Positions 1-14,211 of a DNA stretch of 64,000 nt are shown one piece after another. The DNA comes from Octopus vulgaris. Taxonomy: Eukaryota. The position numbers and the translations under genes were made by a program. Positions within the stretch are counted from its first letter, which is position 1. Each line of letters starts with the position of its first letter. The notes beneath the pieces are model-generated. The model ran no database searches, had not been told where the DNA came from, and saw only the letters and a list, made by a program, of their open reading frames with translations. Where the stretch lies: contig OX597814.1 in the NCBI GenBank assembly GCA_951406725.2, positions 138,508,001-138,572,000 of the forward strand. The letters are read 5' to 3'.

Positions 1-1689
1 AATAAGTCAATACATTCTATTCGCAACGTGATTGATTTCTTGTAATAAATATTAGAAACTATAGAAAAATGTCCAAAATATCTGTATATTTTTTTGCGTT
101 AAACAACCATTTTACAATTGGGATATGGAAGCACTTGAATGAATCACTTCATTATTCCACGCTGGAACTATCTTTGATACTCAAACTAAAATGAATCTCT
201 GATTCATATTAATCTAATGCTTAAAGCGATTCCCAACGGCCCAGCTATAGCGTTTGAAAAGAACATCATTCTTCATTATGATTGCATTTTCGAAAGCAGA
301 TAAAAAAAACTTGTATGTGTAATAATCACGATCGTTTTATCCATCCATACAATAGCCAATAATATTAAATGACAAATATTAAGTAATTGTAAAAAGATAA
401 AAACTAAAACAATTACCACATCTCCATAAAAACCAACACAAAAGGTGACAGATAATTAATATTCGATTGTTTAACAAATAAATAGTTAAATAAGATCTAT
501 TAGAACAATTTTTTTCACAATAGAAACTATTCATCCATTCTATTACACAATATATTTCGATATTGAAAGTATTATATTAGAAATTCTCTATAGCATATAA
601 AGCAGAATAATGTATTATTTCCTGCATTGATGTATTAGAAAAGAGTCGAAAATAAAATAGTTATTGATTTAAAGCGGTAGGAAGTTGAGGAAGAGATGAA
701 GTTCATTGATTAATTGACATATGATATGTTAACATACATCAATTATAATTTCAGTCAAATGTTGATAACGTCTTCCGGATAGCAGATGTATTGCCTCTGG
801 AATAATTATTTCTACGCCTGTCGCTAAATGAGGAAAAACATAAGCTATTTTTGGCGGACCAGACAACAATTAGGAGAAATTAAAAGTTAAACTTTTCGAA
901 AACTTTAACGTATATTGACGGCACTTCTAACTGATAACATCTGCAGCGTACAATTTAATTCATTCTACTCCATCATTGCAAAATTTAAATTTTCAATATT
1001 GCTTTGCAGGCATTTTCCTTTCAAACATCCAGCATCTTCATTAAATGGAAAGTTATGAAGTCATAACCAAGGTTATGTAATTTCAGTTGTCTGTATTAGT
1101 ATTTTTAGTTAATAGTATTTTCAGTTAACTGCTGTTCTTCCATATTCTCTTTGATATATGTAGCAATATAACAGAAAATTAATCGCTGTTATAATTCATT
1201 ACTTCCACAATGAAATCTACATACTGCCAATACAACAGGAGAGAGCTGTTATAATTGTAATTATTATATTAATTTTAATGGTTTCAGTAATAGGACTGCA
1301 GTCAGACTTGGGCGTCGCTTTTAAGACTATTGCCGTTTATGTCGAAATCAGTAAATTAGAGCAGCATATTTAGTGGCTTATATCAATTTTGGAAGGCTTT
1401 TTTTGAAAACAAAAAACTCGCTTACGTCACATATTTGCTGCTCAGCTAACAATCAAATTATTTTAAATTTCATATGTTCTCATTCTATTGAACTTCTAAT
1501 ATTTTCAATCAAAAGCCTTTATTTACTCTTTCGTTATAACAATTTGATACCAGCTGAAGATTCACTATGCACTATATAATGTCTTTTTGCTCGCCTCTAC
1601 TCTTTATGAAATGTATTTTAGTCCAATCATTTATCGTATATCTGTCATATATTTACCGTTAAAGTCATTAATTAATGTACTGTTTTCTA

Positions 1690-2810
1690 CATGACCTGGC
1701 AAATTATTTCATTCATTTATAACTTTTGAAAACTAAAAGATTTCCTGATGTCTGGAGAATTTTGTTTCTTATAAAGTGTATAATGGTGACATCTTCTTAA
1801 ATATCCATCTTTTCTGGAAAAATGTACGAACATTTATATTTTCAAGTCCTTTCACAATTTTAAATACTTCTATCATATTTTCTCTTCGTCTTTTCTCCTT
1901 TAAACTTGTAATTCTAGATTTTACATTTTTCTCTATGATATCGATTTCTTAATTATAATGAGTATTTTCGATGCTTTTCTCTGGATCCATTCAAGAACTT
2001 CTATACCCTTTCCAGGCTAAGGTAACCAATCCTGTGCCGCGTGCTTAGGCGTTGTCGCGGGTACCCATTGTATAGAATCTTAAACGTCTCCTCAATGAAG
2101 TAGGCAAAAGAACGTTTTATTTTTAACGTTTAATTTCTTTGTTGATTTTTTTGCTTTATAATTTCTTCAACATGTTCAACCCATTTCAAAATTCGAACTA
2201 CTACATATTTCCAAATCCTTTTACTGGTCTGTCGTTGTCAAAGGTTTTCCATTCATAGAATACTGCAATATTAAGCTACCATTTTCACACTCCATTTTTC
2301 AGTACAATAAAAGCATCCATTCATTTGACAACTTCTCCAGTCTATTTGAAATTCCCTATAGAATGATGCCTCTCTGCAGAATTTGTACGTATTCATATAT
2401 ATTTTTTGTCACCAACAACTAACTTACATTTGCAGTGTAACGAAAATGTATATCACTTATATACATCATACAAAAATTATGGACCCCTAATACCGATCCC
2501 TGATGTTCCACAACTTAAATTTTTTTCCCCATTCGATCTTATTCCATTAACTGATACCGCACTGTTTTCAATTAGATAGGAAAGCTTCAATCTATGCCAA
2601 TATATTTCGTTAAAAGGTATTTGTGAATAATGTATGTAGTAATGTAACTCATGGCATGTTATCAAAAGTTTTGCTAAAATCTAAATAAATTGCATCGAAA
2701 TTATGATTGTTATCGTACATCTCTCTCCAGTCATCCCATATATCTGATGAATTTTGTTAGATCTGGCTTACCAGGTATAAATTACCTGATATATCGCATT
2801 GATGGTACAT
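1690..2810 (-). mobile_element. Decayed CR1/L2-group LINE, reverse transcriptase and C-terminal part of ORF2
   Basis: Minus-strand translation with frameshifts gives SCG..QGSVLG.IIFCMMYISD (cf. [20 protein letters not shown]) near 2460-2515, and IEVLEWIQRKASK...TSLKEKRRRENMIEVFKIVKGLEN (cf. LEKVQRRATK...SLERRRLRGDLIETYKILNG) near 1840-2005. Confidence 0.8.
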
Positions 2811-2824
2811 AATACTTTATTTAT

Positions 2825-2975
2825 CTTTTATCTTTTACTTGATGCAATCATTAGACTGCGGCCATGCTGGGGTACCACCTTGAAGGGTTTCTAATCGAAT
2901 GAATCAACCCCGGTGTTTATTCTATCGGTTCTTTTGCGGAACCGCAAAGTTACAGAGACGTAAACACACCAACAG
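2825..2975 (-). mobile_element. 3' fragment of SINE family A
   Basis: Matches the gactgcggccatgctgg...ttctatcgg...gacgtaaacacacca block also seen at 35443-35953. Confidence 0.75.
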
Positions 2976-3024
2976 GTTTTTAAGATTTTCTGAATGATAA
3001 TGTTTTCCGGATACCAAACATAGA

Positions 3025-3535
3025 CTAGCAGTATCGCCTGGCGTTGCTCGGGTTTGTAAGGGAAATAACTATATAAGCATTTTTAGAGAGTTACTTCCCT
3101 TATAGATGCCAATTCGGGCTTTCTTAGCCATTTCTGTTTTGGTGTCTTCAAGCCATGAAGTCGTTGTTCTAAAAGAACGCTGGTCTCCTTGACAACGCAT
3201 TACGACGTTGATTTCTTTACACTCCCTTCCCCACAGCTTCACGAGGGAAGGAAGGGGGAGAAGCAAACAGGTGCAGCTGTGAGCGTGGACGCCAACTCCG
3301 CCGCCATCGACACACGAAAAATTATGCATTAAAATGGAATAAAAAAAGGATGTTAAATTATTTTTAAAATCGTAGACTCATCGTTGACGCGCGCTAATAG
3401 CCAGACGGGCTCGATATGAATCACGACTATAAGATACCCGAATTTGGTTAAACTGCACCGCAAAATGTGGGAGGAGTTAGGAATCTAAATCGAAGGGGAC
3501 AGACACTCACACAACTAGAGTTTTATATATATAGA
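3025..3535 (-). mobile_element. Non-autonomous Helitron (~511 bp)
   Basis: The minus strand starts TC(TATATATATAAAA) at 3535 and ends CTAG at 3025. An imperfect GC hairpin (cctggc-gtt-gctcggg, 3037-3052) lies ~10 nt from the 3' end. Inserted between A and T with no TSD. Confidence 0.85.
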
Positions 3536-3540
3536 TTTTT

Positions 3541-3893
3541 CACTGTTTCACTCATTGGGCTGCGACCATACTGGGACATCGCCTTGAAGAGTTTAGTCGA
3601 ACAAATCGATTCAACACCCATTTTAAGCTTGATACTTATTTATATTGATATCTTTACTTTGAGTTATAGGAACGTAAACAAACACCGGTTGTAAAGCGGT
3701 AGGGAAAACACAAAGACAAGCACACACACACACATGTATAAGACGGATTCCATACCGTTTCCGTTAACGAATTTCACTCGCAAAGCATTGGTCAGTCCGA
3801 AGCTATACAAGATGGTACGTGCTTAAGGTGCCGTGCAGTGGAAGTGACTGAAACTACCTGGTCTCAAAGCGATCTTCTTAACCATACAGCCAT
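3541..3893 (-). mobile_element. Diverged near full-length SINE family A
   Basis: Same module order as 35443-35953 (tail, internal (CA)n, tRNA-like head ending cttcttaaccatacagccat). Confidence 0.75.
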
Positions 3894-3917
3894 TTAGTAT
3901 TACCAATAGGATACATG

Positions 3918-4225
3918 CTTGTTATTTGTTCCTTTTCGAGCTATGCCTAGCTCTTAAGGGCCGGTTTCCCCGTTTCATTGGTGTTTAGGTTCCCACCTGG
4001 ACGGGATGCCAGTCTGTTGCAGATGAGCTGCTACATGCAGGAGGGGAGAGTGAGAGGAAGTTGTGGCGAAAGAGTCAGCAGAAGCTCGTCATTACTTTCT
4101 GCCGGAGCCGCGTGGAGCTTAGGTGTTTCACTCATAAATACACACATCACCCGGTTTGAGATTCGAACCCACGATCCCACAACCGCGAGTCCGCTGCTCT
4201 AACCACTAGGCCATTTGCCTCCACA
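3918..4225 (-). mobile_element. tRNA-derived SINE family C
   Basis: The minus-strand head tgtggaggcaaatggcctagtggttagagcagcggactcgcgg...gggttcgaatc has Pol III A and B boxes and runs into a non-tRNA body. Confidence 0.85.
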
Positions 4226-4229
4226 GGCT

Positions 4230-5316
4230 ACGCGGTGGTCGATATAAACTGCAAGTCTCTTCATTCTCATCGTTAAACAGTAACTTTACTGACCCGTTCA
4301 AGGATACCACTTGAATGTCATCTCCCTTATTTAATACTTACTGACACAAAGAAATTATTTATTTCCACAGACGTTAGAAAATCTCCATTAACTTTTTCCA
4401 AATTGTAATAGAAACATTTTATAGTTTTCTTTCTTTTTACGTTTATGTAATGCTCTCGGATTCGCTTTGAGTTTTTGGGGCAAATTATCTTCATAAGTTC
4501 TCTTCTCGGAACAAATTACTACTGTACAAGTAACATTCACTACAAATGCTGTATACACCGAGCATACATTTTTCTCTTTTTTCTTTTACATCTTACCCGT
4601 ACTTAATTTTCACTACTTTAGCCTTTAAAGATTTCCTATATATCCAAGTAACATTTTATCTTAAGTCTTAAGTTTAGCTTATGTCACATAACATCTTACA
4701 GTTTCGTTATATTTTTACATGAAAAATTTCTATTCATCACAGACACCCTGGCCAGTAGCAAATCTCTCGAATTTAGCCGTAAACATTCTCTATTTCTTCA
4801 TATTCTTCTTTATGGTAGTTGCATTGCTTCTATAATACTCGCATCACTGTTTATATTCTAGACATTATTCTAAAGTTATTACAGTATGATCACTGTGTTC
4901 CAGTGGTTCAAGTTATCCAGTCTCACTTTCTACATCATATACATAAATACATGCATACATACATACATGCATACATACATACATACATACATACATACAT
5001 ACATACATACATACATACATGTATACATACGTACATACATATATACATACTTACATATATACATACATACATACATACATGCATACATGTATACATACAT
5101 ACATATGTGCATACATACACACATCATATATAAATATATGTGGGTGTGTTTGCTTGTGTGTATGTGTGTGTTTGTGTGTGTGCATGAAAAGGGGTTTTAT
5201 ATATTTGCAAGTGAGAATAAAGGGGTTTGAAAATACACTTGAGTCTTAAAATTAATTGTTGTTTTAAGGGTTTTTACAAATTTATTAAAATATCATACCG
5301 GTTTCAACATTTTACT

Positions 5317-5384
<68 letters not shown>

Positions 5385-5890
5385 GTATGTATATATCCTC
5401 AGCATCACGTCTGGCGCATTTGATCTATTTCTTCCTCGAGTTCTTGTAATTTCAAAAATACACAAGATAATTTTATCAGAGATTTTGTAAATATCTATTT
5501 GGTCTATTTCCCATGACTTTATTTTTGTTCCAATTTATTTCTGGATAATTAAAATCTCAAACTAATAAAAAGTTGTCAATATTTTATATTGATGTTTTAG
5601 ACAGAAGTACTAGTAGTGAATCTAAATCTATCGAATATATCGAAGATTTCTTCAATGTAAGCTATCGAACAAAATTTTATTTTTTCCTGTGGTTATTTTA
5701 ACTCATAGTGCTTCTTCAAAGAGATCTACATTGAAAATGTCTGCCACTTCAAAAGTAAATTTGTCTTTAATGTAAACTATTAAGCCTCCTCTTTTAGTAT
5801 TGCTGTCCCTCCTTATTAACTTGTAATTACTCAGCTTTATTACACTGCCAACAATATTGTCATCCAACCACCTTTCATTGACTGCTGACT
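4230..5890 (-). mobile_element. Decayed APE endonuclease and linker region of the same CR1-like LINE, split by a microsatellite block (~4931-5395)
   Basis: APE motifs appear in the correct order on the minus strand: WLDDN, NYKLIRRDSNTKRGGLIVYIKD (~5765-5830), LLLV.DFNYPEINWN (~5527-5575), ITRTRGRNRSNAPDVML (~5400-5450), EPLEHSDHTVITLE (~4870-4910). Confidence 0.8.
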
Positions 5891-6704
5891 GCTATTATTA
5901 CCTGGTTTTAAAACTGAAACGCTGTTTTCAAATTCCACAAAACTTTCCCGTAAGACACATACTTTGTGAACTTCTTTACAGTTACTTTACTGGTTTTCAT
6001 TCTGATAATCAATGCCATTCGAAGGCGGCATGTTGGCAGAGTCGTTACAGCTTCAGATAAGATACTCTGCAGAATTCTTCTGACTTTTTCACTAATACCA
6101 ACATATTATCCAGTGGGGATGTTGGCTTACTCTGTCATGGCTTGATTTATACTCTACAGATGCTTACACACCCAGAGATTACGTGGTTCACTGTTTCAAT
6201 CCCATCATTGCAGTATCGGGACTTTAGGTCTACTTCCTTTTTCATCAGATTGGCTTGATAGTTCCGGGTCAGTAAGTTCTGACCCTGGGCAACCAAGATG
6301 AAGCTGTCGCTCTCTGCCTTTAGCCCTGAGCTCCGTAGCCACCGCTGATGTGTACTTCTGGTCTATATCAGTTTGTTTGCTACGGGCCACATATTTACAA
6401 TGCAGAGGGTTTTGTTCCTACCTATCAGCCAATTGTACAAACGCATTTTGATTTGGTATTGATTTCACCTTCTTTGCAACTATATTTGCCGCACTTACAT
6501 CATGCTGTTCAATCGGGGTATTATGTACGAACTCACTAGCAAATTTTTTGCTCTCCTTCATAACAGAATGAAGCTTCTTATATCTCTCGTGGGTTTTCAA
6601 CGAGTTTTAGCATCCAGCTTTTAGATGCTATTATCGTCCTGTTTTGTCCCTTTATGTTTTCTAATCATATTTGTCAGCCCTTGTGGCCAATAAAAAGAAT
6701 TAAC

Positions 6705-6749
<45 letters not shown>

Positions 6750-7358
6750 GGAGTTAAGGAAAAACTTTGAATACTTGGTCTGCCAGTGGTACCGGAAGAT
6801 GTTACCGGTGTTGTATAAACTAATTCTACCAAATGTATCAAATGACGGAACTGCTGCCTATGCACTCACCCATTCTAGCAGCATTGTTCTGTTATCTCCT
6901 GTCGGATGGATCTAAATGTGAGCTGAGTCAATTCCATTTCATCGCAAAGGAAGGGCAGCCGTTTACCTCCTATAGCGATGGCGAAATAGACAGTGCGGTC
7001 GATACGATTGTGAGTTTGATAACGGCGATTTTCATTTCCGGCTAAACGTTCTTCAACTTTTTCAAATAACACGTGATGAGGAGAGTAGTGGCGAAGTAGG
7101 AAGTGCTTCTCTCTAATAGGTTTTCTAAGAAACTTGTGAGGGTAGCACGTTTGATTTTGTTTGATGGTTCTACTCTAACATAGCTAACTACTGGATAAAG
7201 ATATTATCTGCTGTTCAGACGTTTCAGACAAGCGTTAGACGTCCAGGAAGAGGAAGAAGAAGAAAACGAAAAAAACGAAAAAAGAGGAGGAGGGTTGAGA
7301 ACATAAATAGAAGGGAGAAGAAGGAAGAGAGAAAGAAGAAAGTATTATCATCATTATT

Positions 7359-7906
7359 GAGAGAAAGCAGCGCATGCCATCAAAGTGACACCGGGGTACA
7401 AATATACGAAGCCAAATATACCCATCGTGACTACCCGTCTGATAAGGGTACACCAGGAACATAGGTCACAACCATATGTGTGTGACATGGTGATATCATA
7501 ACAAGATAAACAGCGCATAGCCTTGCAGATGGGGCCCCGGACTTTCTTCAGGATGGGTAACCCATCCAGGTCAAAAGGTCCCTGAATAAGGGTTGTTTAA
7601 ATGTATTGAACGAAATGCTCATGTTTCCAGATGTGAATTATTCAAACCCCAAAGAATCCTTCTCAACACATGGTTATGATGCTCCCCCACTACTTCTGCT
7701 CGTGATCAGAGAAGCACATATCGTCAGCCAGAAAGGGATATGCTCAACTGGTTAAGGTCAGGCAACTGACAAGCAAATCTGTTGTATAGAGCAGAATATT
7801 TGCTGTAGCCCATCTTTTATACCAATGCAATACATGTACATGATACCACTTCCAGCCAGTCAAGGTCAGAAGCTATGATAGCCAGTGTCCGGTATTGCTC
7901 GAGGGC
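7359..7906. mobile_element. Non-coding ~0.5 kb interspersed element embedded in (TAA)n, copy 1
   Basis: Homologous over its length to 8957-9465 and 25792-26229, and bounded by ATT-type repeats on both sides. Confidence 0.85.
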
Positions 7907-7911
7907 TATTA

Positions 7912-8956
<1,045 letters not shown>

Positions 8957-9464
8957 GAGTGAGAGAGCAGTGCATACTATCAAAGCGATACTGGGGTAAA
9001 ATATACGAAGCCCAGTATACCCATCATGACTACCCGTCTGATAAGGGCACACCAGGCCCATGCATCACATTACATGCGTACGAAATGGTGATTTCATATC
9101 AAGGTAAACAGCGCATGACCTTGCAGGTGGGGCCCAGTTAGAATTTTCTTCAGGTCGAGTAGTTCATCCCGCTCAAAAGGTCCTTGAATAAGGATTGTTT
9201 AAGGATGATGAATGTTTCCAGAGGTGAATTATCCAAATTATCCTCTCAACACATGGCTATGATGCTCCCCCACTATTTCTGCCCGTAATCAGAGATGCAC
9301 ATATCGTCAGCCACTGAGGGACATGGCTCAACTGGTTAACGTCAAAGTGAAATAGGATATCTGCTGTAACCCATCTTTTATACCAAGACAAAACAATGTA
9401 CATGATAACACTTCCAATCAGTTAAGATCAGCCATGAGAGCCACTGCTTGGTACTGCATCAGGG

Positions 9465-9465
<1 letters not shown>
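8957..9465. mobile_element. Non-coding (TAA)n-embedded element, copy 2
   Basis: Homologous to 7359-7906, with long (ATT)n on both sides. Confidence 0.85.
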
Positions 9466-9526
<61 letters not shown>

Positions 9527-9527
<1 letters not shown>

Positions 9528-9680
9528 TATGTTTGACTTTTGCTTTACATTTGTACAAGTTGGCTCCAAGTCTCACCCAGAGACCTCAAGAGACAACAAG
9601 CTGGAAATTCATGTTGGTGTTATGCCTAGGGTGCCATATATTTGGTTTTGTACTTAGTGTTGTACTAGTGAATGTTTAAG
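9527..9680 (-). mobile_element. Short (TAA)n-embedded insert, probable 3' UTR of a Dong-like element
   Basis: A 154-bp complex island between two pure (ATT)n arrays. The family assignment is inference. Confidence 0.5.
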
Positions 9681-9681
9681 A

Positions 9682-9790
<109 letters not shown>

Positions 9791-10460
9791 GTAGTAGTAG
9801 TAATAGTAGTAGTAGTAGTAGTAGTAGTAAGTGGTGTAGTCAATAGTGGTAGTTATAGCAAGTGACATAGTAATTTTAACGTGACTAAGGCGACAGAGAC
9901 AACAACGATGACCACATAGATGAAGACAATGATTGACGACGACGATGATGATGATGGTGGTGGTGGCGGTGGTGGCGGTGGTGGTATTGGCGGTGTTGCT
10001 GGTAATGATGATAGTGATAGTGATGAAGATAATCACTCCAACGAATAGGAATGCTTTTAACATTTCACTATTGATAGCATTGTGTGATGTTGCATGATAT
10101 GGAGTGGAGTGTGTGTGTGCGCGTATGTGCGTGTGTATGATGAACCACTTAAAGTAAAAGCTGAAAGTACCAGTAGATATCTGTAATAGAATATCATTAT
10201 TTTCTGCAATAATTTCAGTTTCAAAACTACATCATGTAAATATGTGATAAAAAAATATTCTAATCTTGGTAGCTCAAGAGAATTTCGTTTTAGAAACCCC
10301 AGAATTCTATATTCTGGCTTTTAAATCTTCCAAAACACTTTCTGGGTATTATTTATTGCCCAGCAATAAATGGCCACTAACATAGTCAAGCACACACACA
10401 TACCTATACACATATATAGTCACAATATTGTAATTATTACACAACATGTATATATGTATG

Positions 10461-10497
<37 letters not shown>

Positions 10498-11442
10498 CCA
10501 TGAGTGGTGTCATATACTTTTGCATATGCTTCTAAAATATATATATAAATAAGCGTATTGTATAGTTGTATACATGAATGCATATATATATATGTAAATA
10601 TATATATATATGTATATATGTATATAAGTAAATATATATAGACATATATTATATATATACACACACATTTATATACATATATACACTTACACACATACAC
10701 ACACTCACAAACTTACAAACGTATCTATGCGTACGTGTGTATACAGACAAAATTTTGGCGTACATATTTGCAGAAGGATATCAAGGTGTGTATTATTACA
10801 TACATACATAATACATACATACATACATACATACATACATACATACATACATACATACATACATACATACATACATACATACATACATTTATGTGTGCAT
10901 ATGCATACTTGAGTGTGTGTTGCTATATGACAATACTGAGATACGATCATTTGTGTTTGCTTAAATGAGCACATAATGTCAATATACATACATACATGCA
11001 TATATATATGCCTGCTCGTATGTATGTATGTATTTATGTATGTATCAATGTATGTATGTATGCATCAATGTATGCATGTATGTATATATGTATGTATGTT
11101 TGTGTGCGTGCATGAGAGTTTGTGTATGTGCGTGCGCACGCGCGTGTTCACTTTATTATCTACTGCTGTAAATATGTACAGCTATGGAAATGTAGACAAA
11201 TATGGCTGTGGTGGTGGCGCTCAACATTCACGGTTTTGTTTTCTTTTGTTTATTTCATGAAAATAATGATAATAATAAAAAGTCTGCATAATCAAAATCT
11301 ATTGATTGAATAGTTTAGTGGCAAGTGGTGATAAATATAGAATTTTACTTGTATTGCATGCTAAAAATGTGCGACACTCTGTTATAAATAATATTTCATA
11401 TTGGAACACTACCGAAAAGTTTTAGTGAAATGTATGTATGTA

Positions 11443-11496
<54 letters not shown>

Positions 11497-11502
11497 ATGT
11501 AT

Positions 11503-11695
11503 TGTAGTATTTTGGGATGGTAATGTGTTTCGCTTTTGTCAAATAAACACACGCACAATATACTTCTTCTTCACTTCAGCTTTATTACTATTCATATCTC
11601 AGTGTCCTTTGCCTTGAATCTTTCATCAAACATCCGGTGACCTCTTCAACAACTCTCCGTTTTACGCGTGTCCTCCTTGTCTTGTTTTCACATAC
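11503..11695 (-). mobile_element. Possible LTR fragment
   Basis: The minus strand ends ...ACTACA with an AATAAA ~80 nt upstream. No partner LTR is seen. Confidence 0.35.
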
Positions 11696-11764
11696 ATTAG
11701 TTATAAATGCAAAAATGTATTTATAATCGTCATCATCATTATACTTATTTTCATGCTCATTATC

Positions 11765-11950
11765 GCGTCGTCCACAGACGAATCCTATCAACCACTTGTG
11801 TCCCAGATCCCCTCTCCTGCATTGTTCTGGGTGGGTCGTACTACTACGGTAGATCAGATTCTTCAAACAGTTGGTCAATAAATGTCCTGTCAGGACCTCC
11901 CACTAGGTTGCTGTCCGTGCGTTGGTTCCCACATCAGGATTTGACTCACA
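11765..11950 (-). mobile_element. RTE-like LINE 3' end remnant
   Basis: Minus-strand LMWEPTHGQQP..GGPDRTFIDQLFEES resembles the RTE C-terminal LLWEPTHG...GRP..TYIDQL motif. Confidence 0.65.
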
Positions 11951-12111
11951 ACTTCATCCTTACTCTGTTCCTTTTCCATTGTGGTGGAGGTAACAGTTAG
12001 AAATTATCACAGAGAACCTGGTTTGTCGTATGGAACAGCCGCTTGCTACTAAGTGCTGCTCTCAGAAATTTTGCGTATGCTTCTTGTTTTCTTTGCAATG
12101 TTTTATATATA

Positions 12112-12328
12112 CGATGTTGGTGCTGAAAATTTCCTGGTTTTAAGAGTATCACGAAAGGACTGGTTGAAAGGCTCAATGTCCCGAGTTCTTTTACAGGGCT
12201 TAGAAAATTGAAGGACCACTGCATTAAGTGTGTGGAACTGAGAGGGGAATATATTAAACAAAATCATAATTACCTTATCCTCCTGTATTTTCTTTTACCC
12301 AAAGCCAGGATCTTTCAGCACTCCCTTG
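12112..12328 (+). mobile_element. Mariner-derived MITE (diverged)
   Basis: Degenerate TIRs (tgctgaaaatttcctggttt / aaagccaggatctttcagca). The internal KCVELRGEYIK matches the mariner transposase C-terminus. Homologous to 18014-18198. Confidence 0.8.
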
Positions 12329-12357
12329 TGTGTGTGTGCGTATATGCGTGTGTGTAT

Positions 12358-12387
<30 letters not shown>

Positions 12388-12388
<1 letters not shown>

Positions 12389-12847
12389 TATTAGGGTAAT
12401 AAGAATTATAAAAATTTTTCATTACCAGTGGCCTAGCGCAAAAGAATTAGTAAAAAGACTATATATTATTCATATAACATATCATGTACATTAAAAGACA
12501 TTAAGATGCTTCCATCATAGGAAAGCCTTGCGCTAGAAGGAACAGTCAAAAATCAAACCACTAATTAGGATAAATTCTTGAAGGGAATGAAAATTAAAAA
12601 CATTTACCATCTACTTTAATTAAATTTAGATGGTAAATGTTTTTAATTTTCATTCCCTTCGAGAATTTATCCCTAATTTGTGGTTTGAATTTTTGACTGT
12701 TTCTTCTAGCGCAAGGCTTTCCTATGATGGAAGCCTCTTAATGAGTCTTAATGTACACGATATGTTATATGAATAATATATAGTCTTTTGACTAAATTTT
12801 TTTTGCGCTAGGCCACTGGTAATAAAAAATATAATATACCCTAATAT
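12388..12847. repeat. Long palindrome (~230-bp arms, almost no spacer) flanked by (TA)n
   Basis: The left arm is the reverse complement of the right arm about ~12619, with scattered mismatches and indels. Confidence 0.95.
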
Positions 12848-14211
12848 ATATATATATATATATATATATGATATATATATATATATGTGTGTGTGTGTGT
12901 AATGCTTACAGCTTAGTTTTTTTTCTTGGGGCTGGCCGAGTTGGAGCAAATATCAGAATTGAACAGCCGAAATTTGCTATGATGATTCGGTGTCTGACTG
13001 AAGATTGAAGGCTTCGAATGATTTGTCTGTGTTCCGTGTTTGTCCCTTCCTGTATTTCACATGTATAAAACATTTACACACACACATATATATATATATG
13101 TATATGTATGTATATGTATATGTATATATGTATATACATTATTATTGAAATCGTTCGCAATACATTCCTGGGGCGGGCAAACCTGCGATCAATCACATTA
13201 TACAAAGTGTCCTTTTTTTAAATTTAAAGTTGTAGGTGTGGTTTGAGGAACAGTTGGCTATTACTCTTAGCAAAGTATTTGATAATGTAGGGACTCATTA
13301 ACATATTTGTTTAGTTCCTTGACAACCACGTTTGAGAAGACGTTATGATACAAGAAGTTCAAGTCGTGACCACCCCGTCTTTTAGTTTCAGCCAGTTTAT
13401 ATTTATCCAGGATCACATTACCTGATGTATTCTTCATCTTTTAACTCAATAGGATACCAGGGAAATACAGCGGCAACGTCTAGCACATTCACTCGTTGGA
13501 TTGTTTTAATATCTTCGTAAGGATGGAAGGAAGATCGGTGATCGAAAGATTTGAGCTAAGACCTAGACGGACAGTAGTAAATACTACTATGTATTTAGTC
13601 AAGCTTTCTACTGTTCCTTCTATCTCACCACACTCGCGAGAGAAAGGGATAGTCAACTAAATCTGCCATAACATGTAACTGGTGAGTATTGCAAGTGCAG
13701 TCATTTTGGCCGTTACCCGCAGTTATCAATCTTATTTTGGCGCGAAACCCAGTGTACCATTTTCCCAAAAGAATAGAACACATTGCTTCGTTTTAGACAA
13801 CCCTAACACCCTAATTTTAATATGATATTAAGTCACACATAAATCGTTTTAGAGAGGAAATTTCTTTATACAAAATATGTAGTAATATAGTATTTTGAAA
13901 GGCAAATAAAATTTGATTCAAATAAGTCCTTATAAATTTCGCTACCGAACATTTTCTGAAACAGGACACCTGGAATTTTTCCCTTTCTTTACGGAACCGT
14001 CTTTGAAAAACCTTGATGTATGCATTTCATTCATTTCTAGGCAGTTTCTGTTTACATGCTGCGATGATGATTCCTTACTTTGATACAAGGATACAAATAT
14101 TGTAAAGGACGGACGATAGAGCTGTAACCTGATATTCTATGGCAAGGCGCTTTGTCCCCCAATACGCCTAGTACGTTGTTTCTAAACTTTCCAGGTATAA
14201 AAGTTATTTGT

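Noticed and set aside
4150-4225. tRNA-like sequences (also ~28510-28565, ~56604-56655, and a lone B-box gggttcgattccc near 62263)
   Set aside because: No complete cloverleaf or acceptor stem. They run into SINE bodies, or are an isolated motif.
6750-7235. GC-richer island with short ORFs on both strands
   Set aside because: No recognisable protein motif or splice pattern; cannot be assigned without a search.
9400-9465. HDV-like ribozyme at the end of the TAA-embedded element
   Set aside because: Only a simple hairpin is visible; I could not build the nested double pseudoknot by eye.
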